DNA of 64,000 nt, taken from sequence record LR999871; one strand, given 5' to 3'. Position numbers and translations under genes: made by a program. A model generated the notes under the pieces. It saw nothing but the letters and a program-made list of their open reading frames with translations. It searched no databases and was not told where the DNA came from. Below are positions 55,295-63,899 of this stretch, one piece after another. The stretch is from Escherichia phage vB_Eco_Jura. How positions within the stretch are numbered: the first letter of the stretch is position 1; each line of letters starts with the position of its first letter.

Positions 55295-55651
55295 ATGGCT
55301 CAAGAAAAGAATCGTCGTCAGACACTTATCGAACGTATTCAGGCCAGAATCAAATTACAGGACTTAGGCTATACCGTTAATGGTCAGCCTAGTCTCTGTC
55401 ACATCTGGACTGGTTCACATTCAGGTAATGGACGTGGTGGGCAATATGGCAGGATTTCCGTGAATGGAGTTACCTCTGCAACTCACATTATTGCCTATAC
55501 CCATTATCATGGTTATATCCCCAATAAGATGCAAGTAGACCATCTCTGTAATAATCGTCTGTGCTGTAACCCTGAACATCTTGAATTGGTTACTCACCAA
55601 GAGAACCAGAGAAGAAGGGCTAAGCGTTCTAAATCTAAAGGAAATAAATAA
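55295..55651 (+). CDS. HNH endonuclease (second copy)
   Basis: ATG 2 nt after the upstream stop; HIWTGSHSGNGRGGQYGRISVNG ... VDHLCNNRLCCNPEHLELVTHQENQRR is a typical HNH nuclease core with a basic tail. Confidence 0.7.
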   Translation: MAQEKNRRQTLIERIQARIKLQDLGYTVNGQPSLCHIWTGSHSGNGRGGQYGRISVNGVTSATHIIAYTHYHGYIPNKMQVDHLCNNRLCCNPEHLELVTHQENQRRRAKRSKSKGNK

Positions 55652-55822
55652 ATGATTAAAAAACTTATTTGTAAACTTATTGCAGCAATCTTAATTAGTA
55701 TTATTGGTATTGCATGGGTAATTTCTACTCCAGATAACGTTATGCAACAAATTTATTATGCTGTGTATACATCAACCTCTTTTGTTTGGGTTTATGTAAT
55801 GTACCGTATTTGTAGCGACTAA
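55652..55822 (+). CDS. candidate small membrane protein (56 aa), absent from the ORF track
   Basis: ATG right after the HNH stop with AAGGAAA upstream; MIKKLICKLIAAILISIIGIAWVISTPDNVMQQIYYAVYTSTSFVWVYVMYRICSD, two hydrophobic segments. Confidence 0.4.
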   Translation: MIKKLICKLIAAILISIIGIAWVISTPDNVMQQIYYAVYTSTSFVWVYVMYRICSD

Positions 55823-55851
55823 TACTTAATATAGCTTAACTGGAGAGTAAA

Positions 55852-56910
55852 ATGGCTAGTATTGATTCTATTGCCGTATGTAATCCACGGCAGGTACGTA
55901 AATTTGTTGAACACTGTATCCGTTCAGGATTGGTTCCATTTATCACTTCATCTCCTGGTATGGGTAAATCTGCAATTGTTCATCAGATTGCAGAAGATTT
56001 TGGTCTGAAACTGATTGACCATCGTCTGTCTACTTCAGCACCAGAAGACCTGTCAGGTCTGCCTCGTTTTAAAGAAAATGGTCGTGCTGAATTTGCTCCA
56101 TTTGACGAGCTATTCCCACTGGAAGGGGATACTGTACCTGAAGGATTTAATGGCTGGCTCCTTTTTCTCGATGAGTTTAACTCTGCTCGTAAAGAGATTC
56201 AGGCTGCTGCTTATAAACTGGTACTCGACCGTATGACTGGTCAGAAGAAGCTACATCCTTATGTAGCTATCGTATGTGCTGGTAACAAAGCAACTGACCG
56301 TGCCATTACTAATAACCTGTCTACAGCTATGCAATCACGCCTTATTCATCTGGAAATGGAGACTGATTTTGATGTCTTTATGGAAGATGTAGCTATCCCT
56401 AACAAGTGGGATGAACGTGTAATTGCATTCCTGAATGCTAACCCAAATAAACTGAATGATTTTGAACCAGACCATCAAGAGAAGACTTTCTGTTGTTCTC
56501 GTACATGGGAGTTCGTTAACAAGATTGTTTCCATTCTCCCACCGGGACCGATTGATAGTGAAATGACTCTGCTGTTAGCAGGCACTATCACTTCTGGTGT
56601 AGCAACATCATTCGTCCAGTTTACTCAGGTCTATAGCAACATGGTGTCTTTGAATGAGATTTTGGATAATCCTAAGAAAGCTCGTATGCCTGAAGACAAT
56701 AACCTGTTGTGGGCTGTAGTCACTTCACTAATTAACAATACTGACGAAGATAATCATTCGAAAATCTTTGATTACGTTGAACGTATGCCGTTTACGTTCA
56801 AGGTTTTGTACTACCGTTCTGTAGGTAGTTTGGTTCCAGCTTTGGTTAAATTACCAAACTGGCGTGTTGCTGCAATCACATTATCTAAATACGTTCATGG
56901 TTCCAATTAA
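55852..56910 (+). CDS. AAA+ ATPase, MoxR-like
   Basis: ATG preceded by GGAGAG; Walker A SSPGMGKSAIV, Walker B LLFLDEFN, sensor-like VCAGN. Confidence 0.75.
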   Translation: MASIDSIAVCNPRQVRKFVEHCIRSGLVPFITSSPGMGKSAIVHQIAEDFGLKLIDHRLSTSAPEDLSGLPRFKENGRAEFAPFDELFPLEGDTVPEGFNGWLLFLDEFNSARKEIQAAAYKLVLDRMTGQKKLHPYVAIVCAGNKATDRAITNNLSTAMQSRLIHLEMETDFDVFMEDVAIPNKWDERVIAFLNANPNKLNDFEPDHQEKTFCCSRTWEFVNKIVSILPPGPIDSEMTLLLAGTITSGVATSFVQFTQVYSNMVSLNEILDNPKKARMPEDNNLLWAVVTSLINNTDEDNHSKIFDYVERMPFTFKVLYYRSVGSLVPALVKLPNWRVAAITLSKYVHGSN

Positions 56911-57076
56911 CAAGAAAGGAGTTACAGACCTCCTGTATGTTGCTGGCTTTAACGGTGAAGAAATTACCGTATATGCCCCAAGTCTGGCTGCTGCTAAACA
57001 AAAGGCAGTTGAATACTTTCGTCCAAAGAAACGTGTAGCCCATACTATTTGGGTTCATCTCGCAGAGGAAAACTGA
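56864..57076 (+). CDS. questionable small ORF (70 aa by track)
   Basis: Track start is TTG; the only in-frame ATG (56897) lacks an SD and lies inside the ATPase 3' end. Confidence 0.2.
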   Translation: MLLQSHYLNTFMVPINKKGVTDLLYVAGFNGEEITVYAPSLAAAKQKAVEYFRPKKRVAHTIWVHLAEEN

Positions 57077-57077
57077 T

Positions 57078-58220
57078 ATGTCCATGACAGATGCTCAATT
57101 AACCCGTGAATATGACAGATGTCAGGCTAAAGCCTTTATGGGCAAAACTGCTGCATTCTTTGGTTCACTGTTATGTTCTCTGAAGTTCCGTTGGGTAAAA
57201 GATGGCTGTGATACAGCACAAACCGATGGTGAGCATCTCGAATGGAATCCTGATTGGTTTGAGAGTCTATTACCTGAATCTCGTGTAACAGTACTCATGC
57301 ATGAACTATGGCATGTCGGCTTACTGCATTCTGTTCGTATGGGTTCTCGTGACCCAGAAGTATGGAATTATGCCTGTGATATTTATATCAACAATCAGCT
57401 TATTCAGGATGGCTACAGCTTTATAGGAATCGAAAATTGCTGGAAAGACCCTAAGTATGCTGGTTGGGCTGAAGAACAAATCTATGATGACCTCATGAGC
57501 AAACAGATACGTCCTCCTAAAGCATCAGGTGCTTTTGGGACTGGCTCAGGTGGTGACATGAAACCTTCCACTTCGAAGGCTAGTCAGGTGAATATTGTCA
57601 ATAATGTAGTAAGAGCCATGCACCAACAGAAACTATCTGGTGGTTCTTTGCCTGGGGTATTACCTGGAAAAATGGAAGAAGTTATTACTCAATTCCTGAA
57701 ACCAGTAGTACCGTGGCAGGTTTTACTTGAACGCTTCTTCAATGACCTGCAAGAAACTTACTACTCATGGCAACGGCCTAATCGTAGATACCCTGATATG
57801 TACCTACCATCCCCTATGGATGATGACGGTAGACTGGAACATCTGGCTTATTTCCTCGATACATCTGGCTCCATTAAACCTAAAGATGCTTTACGCTTTA
57901 GCTCTGAAGTGGCCTATGTAAAAGAGAAATATCAGCCTCAGAAGATGACTCTAGTTCAGTTCACTACAGAGATTGTAGATGAACAAGTCGTTGAAGATGG
58001 TGATAAGTTTACTGATGTCACTATCAAAGGACGAGGTGGTACTAGTCTGGTTCCTGTACGTGAGTGGATTATTAAGCATAAGCCTACTGCTGCCATTATC
58101 TTTACTGACTTAGAAGTCAGACCGATGGAACCATTGCCATTTGATATTCCTGTCATATGGGTAGTTATTCGTAACCCTGGTGCACAAGTTCCATTTGGGA
58201 AAGTTATTAACATTACATGA
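57078..58220 (+). CDS. vWA-domain protein with N-terminal HExxH metallopeptidase-like motif (MoxR partner)
   Basis: ATG preceded by GAGGAAAA; N-terminal VLMHELWHVGLLH (HExxH); C-terminal vWA MIDAS-like LAYFLDTSGSIKPKD. Confidence 0.7.
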   Translation: MSMTDAQLTREYDRCQAKAFMGKTAAFFGSLLCSLKFRWVKDGCDTAQTDGEHLEWNPDWFESLLPESRVTVLMHELWHVGLLHSVRMGSRDPEVWNYACDIYINNQLIQDGYSFIGIENCWKDPKYAGWAEEQIYDDLMSKQIRPPKASGAFGTGSGGDMKPSTSKASQVNIVNNVVRAMHQQKLSGGSLPGVLPGKMEEVITQFLKPVVPWQVLLERFFNDLQETYYSWQRPNRRYPDMYLPSPMDDDGRLEHLAYFLDTSGSIKPKDALRFSSEVAYVKEKYQPQKMTLVQFTTEIVDEQVVEDGDKFTDVTIKGRGGTSLVPVREWIIKHKPTAAIIFTDLEVRPMEPLPFDIPVIWVVIRNPGAQVPFGKVINIT

Positions 58221-58226
58221 GGTTTT

Positions 58227-58733
58227 ATGGTTGTTAATGGAAAACTATTGTTAGGTGCTATGCCCATTAAAGGCATGGTCAACAGTAAACTCAGTTCAGG
58301 TGAGACTACGTTTGGACTGGGAGAAGCTGGTTATGACATCCGTATTAAACAGGATGTTACCTTCTACCGATTTCTTGGTTTGATTCCCTGCATCAAGATT
58401 AAGGATGAAGGAAAGACCAAGTGGAAGTTTGGCACTTTCACATTAGCTTCTGCAATGGAACGTTTCAATGTACCTGCTGGCCTAGTAGGTATTGTCCATG
58501 ACAAATCTACATGGGCAAGGCGTACATTATCCGTATTCAATACCGTTATTGAACCAGGATGGTCAGGCTATCTGACTTTAGAACTGGTTTATCACGGTCG
58601 TAAAAAACTTCATATCCCTGCTGGTTCAGGTATTGCTCAGGTCATCTTCCATGAGACAGTAGAGAATACTGCTTACAATGGACGATACCAGAACCAGCCT
58701 AATCAACCTGTAGCTGCTAAGTCAGCTCGTTAA
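58227..58733 (+). CDS. dCTP deaminase/dUTPase-superfamily enzyme
   Basis: ATG preceded by GAGG; motifs in order GEAGYDIR, HDKSTWARR, TVIEPGWSGYLTLEL, GSGIAQVIFHE, paralleling the dCTP deaminase/dUTPase conserved boxes. Confidence 0.55.
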   Translation: MVVNGKLLLGAMPIKGMVNSKLSSGETTFGLGEAGYDIRIKQDVTFYRFLGLIPCIKIKDEGKTKWKFGTFTLASAMERFNVPAGLVGIVHDKSTWARRTLSVFNTVIEPGWSGYLTLELVYHGRKKLHIPAGSGIAQVIFHETVENTAYNGRYQNQPNQPVAAKSAR

Positions 58734-58746
58734 TTAAGGAAATATC

Positions 58747-58947
58747 ATGTCTATCTTTACTACTAAGGTTAATGGTCAAAAAGTTACTGTTGTTGCTCGT
58801 AACGTAGCTTACGTTACTGAAAACAGTGAAGGCCGTGGTGTAATTACTTTTACTAACGGCGATTCCATTGATACCCAAGTAGGTTATGACTCTATCCGTC
58901 GTAACGTAGCTAAAGCACTTGATGGTGCTAAAGACATCGCAGAGTAA
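58747..58947 (+). CDS. hypothetical protein (66 aa)
   Basis: ATG preceded by AAGGAAA. Confidence 0.55.
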   Translation: MSIFTTKVNGQKVTVVARNVAYVTENSEGRGVITFTNGDSIDTQVGYDSIRRNVAKALDGAKDIAE

Positions 58948-59022
58948 GGTGTTTACAGTAATGGGGCTATATAGTAGCCCCATTTATGGAAATTCCTTTC
59001 TCCATTGCTTAGTCCCAACTAT

Positions 59023-59045
59023 GCCCACTTTATGTGGGCTTTTTT
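59023..59045 (+). terminator. rho-independent terminator
   Basis: Stem GCCCAC/GTGGGC, loop TTTAT, then TTTTTT; preceded by a second hairpin at 58963-58981. Confidence 0.65.
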
Positions 59046-59060
59046 AATTAGAGACTATGT

Positions 59061-59303
59061 ATGAGCAAACTAGGTATACACGTTTACATAGATGAAGCCG
59101 AGAAGATATACCCCTATACATTATTTAGTTCCAGTGATTTACTTCAGATGAAGGTAAACTCCATCATCGTAAACTACTGGTATAACGATAAGAATTGGGA
59201 TTACTGGGCTGCACGACAGAAGAGTAAGAACAAGAAAGATATATTCAAAAGCAAATCAACTCCACACATGTTTCCTTGGTATCACAGAAACCGGAGATAT
59301 TGA
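59061..59303 (+). CDS. hypothetical protein (80 aa)
   Basis: ATG-initiated; Trp/Tyr/Lys-rich. Confidence 0.5.
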   Translation: MSKLGIHVYIDEAEKIYPYTLFSSSDLLQMKVNSIIVNYWYNDKNWDYWAARQKSKNKKDIFKSKSTPHMFPWYHRNRRY

Positions 59304-59764
59304 TGACAAGAATACCATTTTTAAAACCCAGAAAACGAACACCAAAGCTGTATCAAAAGACTTCAGAAGACGGTTTAGCCTTGAACCAGAAAGCTATTAA
59401 GGCTGTTAGTGCACTGGTTCAAGGTAAACAGGATGCTGTTGCTTTACGTCTTGTTGTTGAGCAAATCTTAGTTGCTCTGACACTGGCTCAAGTAGCTAAA
59501 CAAGAAGGTAAACAAGAAACCTGTAAAACAGCATTAGGTGCTTTGTACTGGTTGTATAAAGACCTTGCTAACAACTTTGAAATGTCTATGGATAAGTGGC
59601 AGGGCATTTCTTGTGTACTTGCTCTTAGAGAAGGGCAGGAATTACTGTCTACTCTACCAAAAGCAGAATTTAAACTAGCCTACACTGGAGCACATAAGAT
59701 TGTTCTTGGTTCCAGTAAGGACATCTTTAACCACCTCAAGCTATTCAAGGCTTTCTATGATTAA
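59303..59764 (+). CDS. hypothetical protein (about 153 aa)
   Basis: Track TTG start trimmed to the ATG at 59303 (after GGAG; TGATG overlap with upstream stop); Ala/Leu-rich helical sequence. Confidence 0.55.
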   Translation: MTRIPFLKPRKRTPKLYQKTSEDGLALNQKAIKAVSALVQGKQDAVALRLVVEQILVALTLAQVAKQEGKQETCKTALGALYWLYKDLANNFEMSMDKWQGISCVLALREGQELLSTLPKAEFKLAYTGAHKIVLGSSKDIFNHLKLFKAFYD

Positions 59765-60698
59765 TGCAAAAATCCTCGCTGATAGTATTACTCTTTCTGG
59801 TGACCGTCTGGTAACAATGGAGCTGGTTTATCCACGTTTCATTCATTCAGAATTTATGACTCACCGAGCACTTAATCGTAATGCTTCTAGTAGTCGTGCT
59901 ATTCCTACCCAACGCCTTATTGAGCAAGTTCGTAATGAACCAGTAATGCCAGTACATTGGGGTAAGAACCAGAAAGGAATGCAGGCAAGTGAAGAACTCA
60001 CTCCTATGGAAATTAAGGATGCCGAGTTCATCTGGGAAAATGCTGCCTCTGCTGCTGCTGTGTATGCTGAACAACTTCGTCGTGGACAAGTACATAAGCA
60101 GATTGTGAATCGTATTCTGGAACCATTCACGCATATCCGTGTAGTAGTGACAGCTACTCAATGGAATAACTTCTTTGGTTTACGCATTCATCCCGATGCT
60201 CAACCAGAGATTTGTGAATTGGCTACTAAGATGAAGGAACAGTATGACCAATCAAAACCCCGTACCTTGTTGGCTGGGGAATGGCATTTGCCGTACATTA
60301 CTAATAGTGATTACCTCGATGCTTACGATTATTGCAAACATCAACGAATTACTCGTGATGAACCAAGTAGTGATGAGATTAATTGCCTGTTAGTAAAAAT
60401 CTCTGCTGCTCGTTGTGCCCGTGCTTCCTATAACAACTTTAAAGGTACTCCTTCTACTATCGAAGAAGACCTGCGTTTGTTCTCTAAATTGGTTGAAAGT
60501 AAGCCTGTTCACGCAAGCCCTACTGAACATCAAGCAACTCCTCAGCATGTAATGAGTAAAGGCTTAAATGAGCCTACTGACCCATCTACATGGGAAAATG
60601 GCATTAGCCACATGGACAGAGATTTACGTTTATACTCAGGTAATCTGTGTGGCTGGATTCAATTCCGTAAGCTGCTTGCAGATGAATGCATCCACTAA
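59757..60698 (+). CDS. thyX: flavin-dependent thymidylate synthase (ThyX-like)
   Basis: Track TTG start trimmed to the ATG at 59757 (ATGATTAA overlap). ThyX-like signature FMTHRALNRNASSSRAIP (compare R-H-R-x7-S-x-R) and a second Arg/His-rich block. Confidence 0.5.
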   Translation: MINAKILADSITLSGDRLVTMELVYPRFIHSEFMTHRALNRNASSSRAIPTQRLIEQVRNEPVMPVHWGKNQKGMQASEELTPMEIKDAEFIWENAASAAAVYAEQLRRGQVHKQIVNRILEPFTHIRVVVTATQWNNFFGLRIHPDAQPEICELATKMKEQYDQSKPRTLLAGEWHLPYITNSDYLDAYDYCKHQRITRDEPSSDEINCLLVKISAARCARASYNNFKGTPSTIEEDLRLFSKLVESKPVHASPTEHQATPQHVMSKGLNEPTDPSTWENGISHMDRDLRLYSGNLCGWIQFRKLLADECIH

Positions 60699-60743
60699 GT
60701 AGGTCTTTTGTGGGTGTAGACCACTCATAATAAACTCCGCTAT

Positions 60744-60771
60744 TTGCCTCCTACATGGAGGCAATTTTTTT
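60744..60771 (+). terminator. rho-independent terminator
   Basis: Stem TTGCCTCC/GGAGGCAA, loop TACAT, then TTTTTTT. Confidence 0.7.
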
Positions 60772-60795
60772 GATTCCATGTACATAGGAGGCTAT

Positions 60796-61029
60796 ATGGC
60801 TAAACCACGTAAATTCCGTATTAAGGATAAGCCTGTAATGGGTAGTGCTGCTGGTCAGTCACATGAGAAAGGAGACATTGTTTATGAATGCCTTCAGTAT
60901 GATTACGGCGTTGCTCATGATGACACTCGTGCTACTGGTGTCCCACATACCTCAGTAACTCTTGAGGAAGATGGTAGTTACCCATTCTTCACTGTTCCTA
61001 CTCATAACCTGGAAGAAATTCATGATTGA
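60796..61029 (+). CDS. hypothetical protein (77 aa)
   Basis: Track start trimmed to the ATG at 60796, which follows ATAGGAGG. Confidence 0.55.
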   Translation: MAKPRKFRIKDKPVMGSAAGQSHEKGDIVYECLQYDYGVAHDDTRATGVPHTSVTLEEDGSYPFFTVPTHNLEEIHD

Positions 61030-61348
61030 CCCAAATATCATCCATGCCAAAACAGGCGAATCCCATAAGCTGTCTGAATATTCCAAAGTAGAAGATATTG
61101 CAGTTTGTCCTGCAAATATTGCTTCTCTTTGTATCTGTATTGCAGAGCTATCTAAAGAACGCCAACTATGGTTATCTCCTAATAAAACAATGGTTCAGGC
61201 AGGTCTGGCAGAAGTACAACGTATGCTGGATGAATGGTCTGAAGACCAGATGTTCATTGATGGCAATGCAGAAGCAATAACCGATGACATGGCCTCTGAT
61301 ATGGCTGTGTTTGTATTACAAGCAATGGCTGAAAAGCGTAGTAGTTAA
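61022..61348 (+). CDS. hypothetical protein (108 aa)
   Basis: Track TTG start trimmed to the ATG at 61022 (after GGAAGAAA; ATGATTGA overlap with upstream stop). Confidence 0.5.
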   Translation: MIDPNIIHAKTGESHKLSEYSKVEDIAVCPANIASLCICIAELSKERQLWLSPNKTMVQAGLAEVQRMLDEWSEDQMFIDGNAEAITDDMASDMAVFVLQAMAEKRSS

Positions 61349-61373
61349 TTAATAATTTACTGGAGAAAATTCG

Positions 61374-63899
61374 ATGCAAGTAGCTGACTCTACTGAACTG
61401 ACCACATCAGCAACGTTGGGTGCTCAAGATGCTATGGCCTTCGGTATTTCTGAAGACCCAGCATTCTTCCAAATACTCAGTGCTAACCTCTATTCTAATC
61501 AGAAACTGGCAATGGTACGTGAGACATTGTGCAATAGCTGGGATGCTCATATTGAGGGGAATAAAACAGATATTCCTATTCGTGTAACCATTGATAAAGA
61601 TGGTTTTCTTATCTTCCGTGACTATGGTTCTGGTATTCCTAAAGATAAGATTCAAGAAGTCTATGGGGTATATGGTGCATCTACCAAGAAAGCTAATACT
61701 GCTTCCACTGGTGGCTTTGGCTTAGGATGTAAATCCCCTATGGCCTATACAGACAGTTTTACTGTCACATCTATGTGTGACGGAACCAAGACTGTTTATC
61801 ACATTGCTAAATCTTCTGTTGAGACTAACGGTAAACCAGGGATTATTCCTATCGTTAGCGTACCTACTGAAGAATCAGGGCTTGAAGTTAAAATTCAGCT
61901 TCAGTCAGAAGATATTTTAGAAATTGATTCATACATTCGAGCCATTGTATTACATGGTGAGATTAAATGTATTTACTGCAATCAGTATACAGGACCAAAT
62001 ACAGTAGAATTACTGCCTGTACTGGGTATGTCTTTTGAACCAGGTAGCTATAACCTAGACCATAGCACATGGCATAAATATTACATGGGCAGTCATTCAA
62101 TATTTATCCGTTATGGTAATGTTATGTACCCTGCTTTGGATACCCCTGCTACACATGAAGCATTAAAACTGGTTAAACAGTTTATGCAGGTTATTAACTG
62201 TAGCCGTATCGTTGTTCAAGCTGCCCCATCATCACTAGCTGTAGCACCTAGCCGTGAAACACTGTCATCTCAAAAAATGACCGAAGACGGTATCGTAAAT
62301 TTGGCTGTAGCTTTAGTAGATAAAATGGAAGCAGATATTAAAGCTCGTCTTCCAAATGCTATTGAATATATTGGAAAAGCTATTAAAGAATATAGCCCTC
62401 ACCGTTTTGAGGTAAATAGTTATTTGCCTTACACCAATTTAGTGCCTGATGTTATTGTCAGTCGTTATATGTCCTCTACTTTATTCAGTAAGCAATATGC
62501 TCACCTGTGTAAGAAATGGGGGAATATGGAGATTGACCGTCAACTTGAACATCCTGCACTGGCTCATTTCTCTGGTTCTCAAAAAGCCCATCTCCGTAAG
62601 CATTTAAAGAGGGCTAAGGATTTACGTAATTACAGGGAATTAACTAAAGTATTTACTGATATGGCTATTAAGCCGATGTTCAAAACCTTTGCTAAATTAG
62701 GGATTACTAAAGGTATTTCTCTATTTCACTATCAATATGGTGTTGAACTGTGGCGTAATAATATTGTTAATAGTGTCCGTAGAATACACTCATTAAACTT
62801 CATGACTTATAGTTCTAAGAAGTGCCGTGTATTTGTTACCCCACGTATTACCAATATTGAAGATAGTCTGGTTGGGTATCCAGAGTTTGATAATCTTTCT
62901 ACTGAGACACTGGTGAAATATAACTCAATCATTGTCAAAGTTGGAACCAAGAAAGGTGAAGCAGAAGCTATGACTAATCTGCTCACTAAAGCAGGATACG
63001 AAGTCATTAATATGGCTGAATATCATGAGTGGGATTGTATAGCTCGTAGACGTAAAGAGGAACAAGAGGCTAAATTAGCCATTTCCAAATTACAAGCTAA
63101 GAAAGCTACTAATAAGAAAAAGGTTAGTCCTAATCGTCTTATTAGTATGAATATCCTTGAAATACCAAAAGAGCATCGTAGCTATTCGAGTGAAGTATGT
63201 GGTTCTCACTACGCTTCTCGTTCTCATGACCGAATGGTTGATGTAGATACTCCCCAGTATTACATCATACAGGAAGATATTAATAACTACACAGGAAGAC
63301 TTGGTGTTCTTTCTATGTGGCAATTAACCCCTGCTACCATTAAAGATGTGACTGTTGTTTGTCGTAATAAAATTGAACGTAATAAAGCTATTAAGCGAGG
63401 TGCTGTTCATTTGGATGAATGGACTGCTCCGTATATTGCTTCAGTTCTTACATCCAAACAATTCATTAAGTATGTCACTAAAGAACGTCAGAAAACGTTA
63501 AGTGATATTGGTATTTACTCCAAACACCTCAGATTACTGAGAAAACTAGATATTACATATGCCCCATTGAAAGGTCTGCGTTATGACCCAGAACTGGAGA
63601 ATGCTTATCTCTTCTTACAAAGTAGTAGCTACCCTAAGCTACGTGCATTGTTAGGGAAGGGTCTGATTACTGAAGAAGAGTATCACTTCCTCAGTGATGT
63701 TGATGTGCATTGCAAGACTTTCAGTAAGTACTCGGAACTTCGTAGGATACCGAAGATGTTCCTTGATATTGATGCTGGGGGTTATATGTTGGCTGCATGT
63801 ACTGTAGACACATTGCTTCGTGAAATCGAACAATTCCCTGAATCAATCCCTGCAATCAAACTGCTTGTAAAAGCTGCTCTTAAACGGAATACAGACTGA
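61374..63899 (+). CDS. rIIA-like protein with N-terminal GHKL (Bergerat-fold) ATPase domain, 841 aa
   Basis: ATG preceded by GGAGAAA. N-box MVRETLCNSWDA (E-x3-N-x2-DA), G1 box RDYGSGIP (D-x-G-x-G), G2 box TGGFGLGCK; size and N-terminal GHKL domain fit T4 rIIA-type proteins. Confidence 0.6.
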   Translation: MQVADSTELTTSATLGAQDAMAFGISEDPAFFQILSANLYSNQKLAMVRETLCNSWDAHIEGNKTDIPIRVTIDKDGFLIFRDYGSGIPKDKIQEVYGVYGASTKKANTASTGGFGLGCKSPMAYTDSFTVTSMCDGTKTVYHIAKSSVETNGKPGIIPIVSVPTEESGLEVKIQLQSEDILEIDSYIRAIVLHGEIKCIYCNQYTGPNTVELLPVLGMSFEPGSYNLDHSTWHKYYMGSHSIFIRYGNVMYPALDTPATHEALKLVKQFMQVINCSRIVVQAAPSSLAVAPSRETLSSQKMTEDGIVNLAVALVDKMEADIKARLPNAIEYIGKAIKEYSPHRFEVNSYLPYTNLVPDVIVSRYMSSTLFSKQYAHLCKKWGNMEIDRQLEHPALAHFSGSQKAHLRKHLKRAKDLRNYRELTKVFTDMAIKPMFKTFAKLGITKGISLFHYQYGVELWRNNIVNSVRRIHSLNFMTYSSKKCRVFVTPRITNIEDSLVGYPEFDNLSTETLVKYNSIIVKVGTKKGEAEAMTNLLTKAGYEVINMAEYHEWDCIARRRKEEQEAKLAISKLQAKKATNKKKVSPNRLISMNILEIPKEHRSYSSEVCGSHYASRSHDRMVDVDTPQYYIIQEDINNYTGRLGVLSMWQLTPATIKDVTVVCRNKIERNKAIKRGAVHLDEWTAPYIASVLTSKQFIKYVTKERQKTLSDIGIYSKHLRLLRKLDITYAPLKGLRYDPELENAYLFLQSSSYPKLRALLGKGLITEEEYHFLSDVDVHCKTFSKYSELRRIPKMFLDIDAGGYMLAACTVDTLLREIEQFPESIPAIKLLVKAALKRNTD

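Noticed and set aside
56864-57076. 70-aa ORF between the MoxR-like and vWA genes as a confident gene
   Set aside because: No ATG with an SD; the frame depends on a TTG start or an ATG buried in the upstream gene; kept only as a low-confidence feature.
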